Shown here one piece after another: positions 16,463 through 23,800 of a DNA stretch of 64,000 bases (position 1 is its first letter; each line of letters begins with the position of its first letter). The DNA comes from Verrucomicrobiota bacterium (lineage in GTDB: Bacteria > Verrucomicrobiota > Verrucomicrobiia > Limisphaerales > UBA9464), in assembly GCA_043755815.1 (NCBI GenBank), contig JAYUSF010000220.1, forward strand, positions 14,361-78,360. The letters are read 5' to 3'. The translations under genes and the position numbers were made by a program. The notes under the pieces were generated by a model that made no database searches, was not told the DNA's origin, and was given only the letters and a program-made list of their open reading frames with translations.

Positions 16463-16765
16463 CTACGCCGCCAAGGGCAGCACGAGCGGCTGGAGCGTCT
16501 TGAGTTCCGGGGCCAGCCGGCGCTCGGCTTCGCGCAAGTCGTAGTGCGCTTGCAGGTTCACGAACCATTGCGCGTCCACCCCCAGGATGTGCGCCAACCG
16601 CACCGCAGAGTCCGGCGTCAGCGGCCGGCGGCCGTTGACGATCTGCGACAGCGTGGGCTGCGAGATGCCCGTGGCCCGCGCCACGCCCGCCACCGTGAGG
16701 TTCAGCGGTTCCAGGAATTCCTCCCGGAGCAGCACGCCCGGATGTTTCAGCTTCAATGCGTTCAT
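16463..16765 (-). CDS. higA: HigA-family antitoxin (XRE-type HTH)
   Basis: HPGVLLREEFLEPLNLTVAGVARATGISQPTLSQIVNGRRPLTPDSAVRLAHILGVDAQWFVNLQAHYDL is a textbook HigA/VapI HTH antidote sequence. The start is set to ATG 16765, 4 nt after the higB stop. The track ORF runs to 16786. Confidence 0.9.
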   Translation of the reverse strand: MNALKLKHPGVLLREEFLEPLNLTVAGVARATGISQPTLSQIVNGRRPLTPDSAVRLAHILGVDAQWFVNLQAHYDLREAERRLAPELKTLQPLVLPLAA

Positions 16766-16769
16766 GGCT

Positions 16770-17051
16770 TCAATGGTAGTCCACAATCTCCACGTCGTGC
16801 GCGTTGCCCGCCTGCCAGCGGAAGCACAGCCGCCACTGGTCGTTCAGCCGCAGGCTGTGCTGCCCCTTGCGGTCGCCCTTCAGGGCTTCCAGCCGGTTGC
16901 CCGGCGGCACCCGCAAATCTTCCAGCCGGGTGACCGTATGGAGCAGTTGCAGCCGGTCCAACGCCTTCTGCTGGATGCCGGGCGGCAGGCGTCTGGACCG
17001 TTCCGCCCGCCAGATGCGCTCGGTTTCCTTGTCGGCAAAGCTGACAATCAC
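16770..17051 (-). CDS. higB: HigB-type toxin (RelE/ParE superfamily, plasmid maintenance system killer protein)
   Basis: The 93-aa product reads FADKETERIW...IQQKALDRLQLLHTVTRLEDLRVPPGNRLEALKGDRKGQHSLRLNDQWRLCFRW...DVEIVDYH, which matches the HigB killer-protein family. The toxin-first gene order is typical of higBA. Confidence 0.9.
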   Translation of the reverse strand: MIVSFADKETERIWRAERSRRLPPGIQQKALDRLQLLHTVTRLEDLRVPPGNRLEALKGDRKGQHSLRLNDQWRLCFRWQAGNAHDVEIVDYH

Positions 17052-17116
17052 TCCGCCGCACCGTTTCTCCGCAGCGCCAATTCGTCAAACGAATAGAACG
17101 GACGCGTCCCGGCCAG

Positions 17117-17446
17117 GGCGCATCTGGACACCGAACGCAGCGCTCCGCCTCTTGGTGGGGCGAGACTCCGTCGAGCCCACGAACGAGCGTAGCGAGGCGA
17201 ACGGAGTGAGCATCTCCTCCCCGCGCCCCGAAATGCTCGCTGCGCTCGCGCCGGCTCCGCCGGCAGACAAGGCTCGACGGAGTCTCGCCCCACCGGGCAC
17301 GCACGGTGTTTGGTGCGCACAAATGCTTGGTGAATAAATGCAACTACCGTGGCTTCGTCGGCTTGAAACTGCTTCAATGAAATTCTCCGCCTTCATCCTG
17401 CGCCTCTTCGCCACCCTGTCCGCCTTCAGCCTCGCCTGGGCCGCCG
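17117..17446. repeat. copy 2 of the ~330-bp repeat (native upstream region and 5' end of the beta-helix gene); contains a palindromic element at 17154-17294
   Basis: It has perfect 24-bp inverted repeats: ggtggggcgagactccgtcgagcc (17154-17177) and ggctcgacggagtctcgccccacc (17271-17294). It aligns to 15884-16212. Confidence 0.85.
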
Positions 17447-18630
17447 AAAGCACCGCACCCTTCGGCCAGCTCAAGAACCTTCGCGAGTTTGGCGTCGCGC
17501 CGACCAATTCACCCGCCGCCAACAAGGCCGCGCTCCAGCAGGCGATTGACTGGGCGGCCCCGCGCGGCGCGGCACTGTTTCTGGAGCCGTCGGACGAGCC
17601 GTATCCGGTGGACGGCGGGCTCGTGCTCCGCATGAACGTCTCGCTCATCGGCGTGCATGGCCCGGTCGGACGCGGCACCCGACATCCCGCCAAGCCGCAG
17701 CCGGTCGGCAGTGTCTTCCGCATCACCGACACGACGAACGTCTTCCTCACCGTCGAATCCGCCACGCAGGTCCGCGGGCTTCAGTTCTGGTATCCGGACC
17801 AAACCATCGACGATCCGGCGAAGCTCATCCGCTATCCCGCAACGATCCAGGTTTCGCAGACCCGCGCGGCGCAGGGCGTGACACTTTCGTGCCTGACCTT
17901 CTACGGCGAATGGCTCGCGATGGACTTCAACTCCAAGCCGCCGCACATCTGCGAGCAGATCCTGTTCGAGCACTGCTACGGTTATCCGCTCGGCGGCGAA
18001 TTCATCCGCCTCGACTACTGCTACGACATCCCGCGGATTCTCCACTGCCATGTAAACCCGTCGAACCAGCGCTTCATCCGCGGCGGCTACAGCAAGTCGG
18101 TGATCGATGCCGTGGTCGCGCAGAAGACCTTCACCTACGCCATCAATCATACCGACAACGCGGTGCTGATGGACGTGTTCACCTTCGGCGTTTACGGCGG
18201 CGTCTATCTCGGATCGGCGACCTACGGGCAGCTTACGCAGTTCAACCTCGATTGTGTGACCGTGGGCATCCACAAGCTCGGCGACGGCACGTTCAACCGG
18301 AATTGGCAGATCGCGCAGGGTTCGATCATCGCCAACACCGGCCCGCGCGTGGAAGACGTGCATCCGATCATCATCGAAGGCCAGGGCCACACCGCGCTGG
18401 CCAACGTGGAATGCTTCTCCGGCGGCAACGGCGCGCTCACGACGCTGAACCAGTCGCAGGACTTCCTGCTCGTGCGTGGCGACAGGAAACTCACCGTGAG
18501 CCTGGTCGGCTGCCGGATGCGCAACTACGTCGCCGACTCGCCGCTGACGCTGCTGAACCCCAAGGCGCTGGTGCAGGCGACCGTCTGCGTGGACAAGCGT
18601 GAAGAAGCGTGGAGCTGGCCGGTGCGGTGA
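17377..18630 (+). CDS. secreted right-handed beta-helix protein (pectate-lyase-3 / GH28-related superfamily)
   Basis: The signal peptide is MKFSAFILRLFATLSAFSLAWAAE. The N-terminal block NLREFGVAPTNSPAANKAALQQAIDWAAPRGAALFL resembles the start of Pectate_lyase_3/tailspike-like domains. The start is set to ATG 17377. Confidence 0.6.
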   Translation: MKFSAFILRLFATLSAFSLAWAAESTAPFGQLKNLREFGVAPTNSPAANKAALQQAIDWAAPRGAALFLEPSDEPYPVDGGLVLRMNVSLIGVHGPVGRGTRHPAKPQPVGSVFRITDTTNVFLTVESATQVRGLQFWYPDQTIDDPAKLIRYPATIQVSQTRAAQGVTLSCLTFYGEWLAMDFNSKPPHICEQILFEHCYGYPLGGEFIRLDYCYDIPRILHCHVNPSNQRFIRGGYSKSVIDAVVAQKTFTYAINHTDNAVLMDVFTFGVYGGVYLGSATYGQLTQFNLDCVTVGIHKLGDGTFNRNWQIAQGSIIANTGPRVEDVHPIIIEGQGHTALANVECFSGGNGALTTLNQSQDFLLVRGDRKLTVSLVGCRMRNYVADSPLTLLNPKALVQATVCVDKREEAWSWPVR

Positions 18631-18774
18631 CTTGGGGGGCGGGACTACCCCAGTGGCAGCGCGTTCCGCGATGAAGCACGGCTTGCCTTGCCACCGGGGT
18701 CCCGGAGTGGTGGTCGCCAACTTTCCTGAGGCGGGGGCTTGCCTCCATTCCCTCCCTCGCCAAATTGACCGCCC

Positions 18775-19806
18775 GTGATCTCGCGTCGCAGATTCATGCA
18801 GGCCACGCCAGTGGCGCTCGGTTCCCTCCTGGCGGCACCGTCGCTCCTCGGGGCCGAAACGACGGCGACCCCGCCCGTCATCGGCCGTAGCACCCGTCCG
18901 GCCCGGGCGGGTGATGGCGTCGCCACGCTGGATCACGGACGCCGCCAGGGACTCCGGCTCCTCCAGTTCACCGACAACCACTTCTTTTGCGGCGTGAAGG
19001 AGGGAATGGAAATCATCGGCGATGACCGCGCGACGGAACGCGACTGGCAGAGCTTCGTCCGCCACTTCCAGCCCGACCTCATCGTGGCAACCGGTGACCT
19101 CTGGCACGATAACCCCGGCGGCCGCGGCCAGGCCACGCTCGAACACGTCCTGCCGAAGCTCGCCGCGCTCGGCGTTCCGTGGGCCACCTGCTGGGGCAAC
19201 CACGACCAACTCGATGACTACCAGCGCGGACACGACGCCCTCGAAGCCGCCCGCCACTCGCTCTACCGCGGTGGCGCCACGCACGGCGACTACCGGATCG
19301 AAGTCCGCACCACCGACGCCACGGGCGCCGACCGGCCCGCGGTGCAGTTGTTCTTGCTGAACAGCAACCAGTTCGGCCTCGGCGACTGGCAGCTCGCCGC
19401 GCTCGGGCGCATGCAGGCGGAACTTTCCCGCACGGCCACCATCCCGTTGCCGGCGCTGGCCTTCTTCCACATTCCACTGCTTGACCAGAAGACGCTCTTC
19501 CGCCCCAAGGTGATCGCGGGGCTCTGTCACGAGGAGGTCTGCCACGAGCAGGAATCCGGTCGCGCCTTGCCCGCGCTTGCCGAGGGACATGCCCTCCGCG
19601 CCACCTTCTGCGGCCACGACCACGTCAACGACTATGCCGTGCGCGCCCGCGACGTGGACCTCGTTTACGGCCGCGCGACCGGCCATGCGGGTTACGGCGG
19701 CGACCAGGTCCGCAAGGGCGCCAAACTCATTGAACTCGACTTTGCCACCGGCGCCTACACCCAGACCACCGTCTTCGCCGACGGCACGCGCTGGAAGCCG
19801 GTGTGA
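18775..19806 (+). CDS. Tat-secreted calcineurin-like metallophosphoesterase
   Basis: A twin-arginine signal (ISRRRFMQATPVALGSLLAAPSLLGA) is retained only with the GTG start at 18775. Metallophosphoesterase motifs are present: QFTDNHF, ATGDLWHDN, WGNHD, FFHIPL, CGHDHVNDY. Confidence 0.85.
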   Translation: MISRRRFMQATPVALGSLLAAPSLLGAETTATPPVIGRSTRPARAGDGVATLDHGRRQGLRLLQFTDNHFFCGVKEGMEIIGDDRATERDWQSFVRHFQPDLIVATGDLWHDNPGGRGQATLEHVLPKLAALGVPWATCWGNHDQLDDYQRGHDALEAARHSLYRGGATHGDYRIEVRTTDATGADRPAVQLFLLNSNQFGLGDWQLAALGRMQAELSRTATIPLPALAFFHIPLLDQKTLFRPKVIAGLCHEEVCHEQESGRALPALAEGHALRATFCGHDHVNDYAVRARDVDLVYGRATGHAGYGGDQVRKGAKLIELDFATGAYTQTTVFADGTRWKPV

Positions 19807-20022
19807 GCTGAGTGCCGATTTCCGATCCCGCGTGTTGCGAAAGGGCCGAGGCCCCGCCCTTCAGCGCACGCGTCCCGCCTCCACCCAATCGGCAGCGGTA
19901 GAGCGCAAGCACTCAGGTTAGCGCTCATTCAGGCGTCAGGCGGAAAGGATGCCGCGATGTGCCGGCAATTCCGTAGCTCGGGCCGTTTGGTGCTTCCGGG
20001 GAATGATTGGCGGCGCAATGGC

Positions 20023-20748
20023 CTACCTTTCCAAGGCACGCAGCAGATACGTCATCTCCTCGTCCACGCTGCCGTCGTCGGGCTGCGTTTCGTGGACCTC
20101 CTCGCGCAGGGCTTCGCGGAAGCGTTCGCGCAGGCGGTGCAGCGCGACCTTGAACGCGCCGCCGCCCAAACCCACGGCCCGGCCGGCGGTATCGTAGTCC
20201 GCCTGGGTGCCGCTGGAGGTCAGGAACGGGCGCAGAGCGCTGAACTCGGCCTCCTTGCCCCGGCGGGCGTAGGCGGTCTCGACGCGGCCGAGCGCGCGTT
20301 CGAGGAGCGTGAGCGCCCATTGCCGGTCGAAGAAATGTTGCGGCGTTTCCGCCGAGGCGGGTTCCTCGCAGAACCATTCCTCGGCTTCGGCGGCGTCGAA
20401 CGACACCACCCGGCCGCCGCCGCGGCGTTCGGCGCCGGCCTTCACCTGTTCGTCGCGTAGGTGCCGGCGGAACACGGTGAGCAGGAAGGTGCGCAGGCGA
20501 CCGCGTTCGGCGTCGGCGCGGTCGAACAGGCGTAGGTGCAGCACGGCGGCGAAGAAGCCTTGCACGGCGTCCTCGGCGTCGGCCGGTGCGAGGCCGCTGC
20601 GACGGGCCCAGGCGTAGAGCGGGAACCAGTAGGCGGCGCAGAGCTGTTCGAGGGCGGCGCGGGCCGGTTCGCCGTCGCCGCGCGCCTGGAGCACGAGGCT
20701 CCAGCGGGTCGGGGCGAAGGCGGCGGGACCGTGGGAATCGGCCGGCAC
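20023..20748 (-). CDS. ECF-type sigma-70 family RNA polymerase sigma factor (planctomycete/verrucomicrobial subgroup)
   Basis: The N-terminus TRWSLVLQARGDG..ARAALEQLCAAYWFPLYAWARRSG...DAEDAVQGFFA (region 2) and the C-terminal HTH GGGAFKVALHRLRERFREALREEV (region 4) are typical of this ECF subgroup. The maximal ORF reaches 20853, and I favour the GTG at 20748. The start is uncertain. Confidence 0.8.
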   Translation of the reverse strand: MPADSHGPAAFAPTRWSLVLQARGDGEPARAALEQLCAAYWFPLYAWARRSGLAPADAEDAVQGFFAAVLHLRLFDRADAERGRLRTFLLTVFRRHLRDEQVKAGAERRGGGRVVSFDAAEAEEWFCEEPASAETPQHFFDRQWALTLLERALGRVETAYARRGKEAEFSALRPFLTSSGTQADYDTAGRAVGLGGGAFKVALHRLRERFREALREEVHETQPDDGSVDEEMTYLLRALER

Positions 20749-20810
20749 GCGAAAAAAGTAGGGGCGGAGGTGTAACCGCGCCAGCGGCGTTCCCAAGAAG
20801 GGGGTGACAG

Positions 20811-23800
20811 ATGAAGAAGGAAACGTCAGTGGCGGCGGGGCATGACTCGGCACCCGTAGGAGACGAGGTCACGAGGCTCACTTGTTTGGCGGTGAGCCTC
20901 CTGAAGTCGGCTGAAGAAGCCCGCCCTCACCCTGTCCCTCTCCCCCGAGGAGAGGGGATCGCCCGCTTGAACGAAGTGACTCCACAAGCGCTGCCGAGGA
21001 CTGCGCTGCGGAGCGCGGCTAGCGGGGCTGAATCTAGGCGGACGCTTTGTGAAGTCGTCGGACGCCGGCAGCGTCTCCCTCTCAGCCCGTCGGAGCGGGG
21101 GGAGAGGGTCGGGGAGAGGTGGGTGCTGAAAGGGCTGCGAACGTTGCTTGGTTCAACCCAGCGACCCAGCGGGCAGCCTGGCAGGCTGCCCTACGCTGGC
21201 GGCGGCTGGAAAGCCGCCGCTCCGGGCGTGTCGCTGGCACTCGCGTTGATGCCAGCCTTCGCGGCCGACGCTCCCGTCTCCACCGTGGGCTTCCTCAACG
21301 CGGCGCGGCCCGAAGCGCCGGGCACGTTGCTCAGCCATCCGGCGGCGAACGGCTCCGCCACGCTCGGGCGCACGACGACGATCAATTACGTCAACGGCTG
21401 GCTCATCATCGGCGGCGAGGGGCCCGGTTCCGCCGAACCCTACGACCTGATCAAGCGGGTCTATGACCTCGCCGACCCCGCCAATCCCGTCCGCCGGTAT
21501 CCGTTGGACTTCGGCCCGGACTACCCCGGGAACCGCTGGATCCAGAACACCGACGGCTGGAATGCCCACGGCAGCGCGCAGAGCGGGCCGTATCTCCTGC
21601 CGCTGGTCATGCGTGTGGCGACGTTTGGCGGACCGGTGGAACTCGGCGGCGAGAGCGGCACTCCCAACCAGGGTGAAATGGCCTTGGGCTACAACCGCTC
21701 CAGCCAGGCCGGACCGTGGGAAGCCACGATGCTCTGGTATGGCACGCCCAACCAGCAGATGCAGATCCGCCGCGTCGGCCTGAGTCCGGGCGGCGCCGCG
21801 GAATTCCATACGCTGGCCACGTTCGACCATGTGGGCGCGTTTGGCGGCGGCGACTGGCACCCGATGTTCTTCGGCGACCGGCTGATCTATGCGCGCAGCG
21901 GCGGCGCGGCGCGCGACGGCGTGGTGGTTTACCGGCTCGAATATCACGACCCGAACGACGACGGCGTGCCGGATTCCGTGACCCCACATTTCGTGAGCTC
22001 GCTGCCCGGCGGCTTCGAAGGTTATTGGCCGAACTTCTTCAGCGACGGCACCGGCCTTTACGTCATCGGGTCGGCGACGGACATCCTCACGTCCGCGGAC
22101 ATCACCGCCGCGGCGAGTGCGGCCGGCGGTCCGGTCGTGGCGGGGCCGACCCTGACGATCCCGGGCTTTTCCAACGCCTCGTATCCGGTTTACCAGGATC
22201 AGTTCGGATTCATCCACAACCGCAAGGTGAACATGACGCAGTTCCTCGCGGGGCAGGGCATGGGCGCCATCGCGCTCACGCTCGACGAGGCCGGCACCGG
22301 CGTGGACACCACGCAGATCAGCCTGCCGCTGGGCAACCTTTGGATCACGGGCGGTTATCCGAATCCGGGCCGCACGCAGGGCATGGGCGTGTGGGTTCAC
22401 CAGCAAGGACCGGACACCAACGCGCCGACGGTGGCGTTTCACATTCCGCAGGCCAACCGCGCGAACTACCCGCGCCTCGCCCCGCTCAGCTTCCTGCTGC
22501 ACGAGCACCCGCGCCACGGCGGCCTGCGCAACGGCATTGATTTCACCGTGCGGCCGGTCGCGGCGGACGGCACGACGCTGGGGCCCTTCGTGCCGGGCTA
22601 CCTCATCCATGATTTCGCCGGTGTGATCACGTTCACGCCCAGCGGCGGACTCGCGGCGGAAACGACCTACCAGGTGGACTTCCTTGCCGACACTTCCGAC
22701 CCGCTGAACCCGGTCGGCTTCTTCGACGCCGCGGGCAACATCATTGCGCCGTATTCGTTCCGCTTCGCGACCGGCGGTGGCGTAAACGCGCTGCCCGCGC
22801 CGCAGTTCACCGGGGTCACGGCGAGCGACTACCAGCCCGGTCCGGGGGAAAATTTCACCGTGAACGCAGCCGCGAGCGGCACCGGCGCGCTGGAATTCCG
22901 CTTCAACTTCGACGGCACCTGGTCCGACTGGGCCGCGCATCCCACGACCAATCACGCCTACCCCGTCGCCGGCCGTCAGCGCGCGCTGGCGCAGGTCCGC
23001 GATGACAGTGGAGTGGTCGTCACCGAGCCGGTGAACCTCCTCGTGCTCAGGCCGCCAGCCGGGCCGTTGCCGACGCAAAGCTCTACGCTCGTGGTCGGCG
23101 ACGACGGCGCGGCTGGGCGTCGCGTGTGGGTGGTCAATCCGGACGCCAACACCGTCACGGTGCTCAACGCGGCAAGCGGCGCGGTCGTGGCGGAACATGC
23201 CGTGGGGCAGAATCCACGCTCCGTGGCCCGCGATGCGCTCGGCCGTTACTGGATGACGTGCCTGGGCTCGGATGAAGTGCGCGTGCTCAACCCCGACGGC
23301 AGCCTCGCCCACGGCCTCACCGTGCCGTATGGCTCCGCGCCGTTCGGCGTCGCGGCGTCACCCGACGGGCAGTTCCTCTATGTGACGCTGTCCGGTCCCG
23401 GCCGCCTGCGCCGTTACTCGGCGGAAAATCCCAACGCTGCGCCGCTGGAGACCGCCACGTTCCCCACGCCGCGGGCGTTGGCGATCAGCGGCGACGGTCA
23501 GCGGGTGCTGGTGACCCGATTCATCTCGCCGGAACTGGACGCGGAAGTCGGCGAGTTCGACGGCACCACGCTCGCGTCGGTGCGGACCTTCCGCCTCGCC
23601 AGCGCGAACCCGACCGATAACGGCGACCGCGCGTCGGGCGTGCCCAATTACCTCGCCGGCATCGCCATTGCGCCGGATGGCCGACGGGCGGTCGTCGTGT
23701 CGAAGCAGGACAACGTGCAGCGCGGCACCTTCTTCGGCGTGGGCAACCTCTCGCACGAGACCACGGTGCGTTCCGTGCTGTCGGTGCTCGATCTCCAGGC

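Noticed and set aside
20811-21122. N-terminal ~105 codons of the maximal 1,723-aa ORF (MKKETSVAAGHDS...HPVPLPRGEGI...SPSERGERVGERW...).
   Set aside because: This stretch translates intergenic hairpin repeats (ccctctcc...ggagaggg and similar) and overlaps the divergent sigma ORF. The signal-peptide-like segment only appears near 21.2 kb, so the real start is probably 21123-21228.
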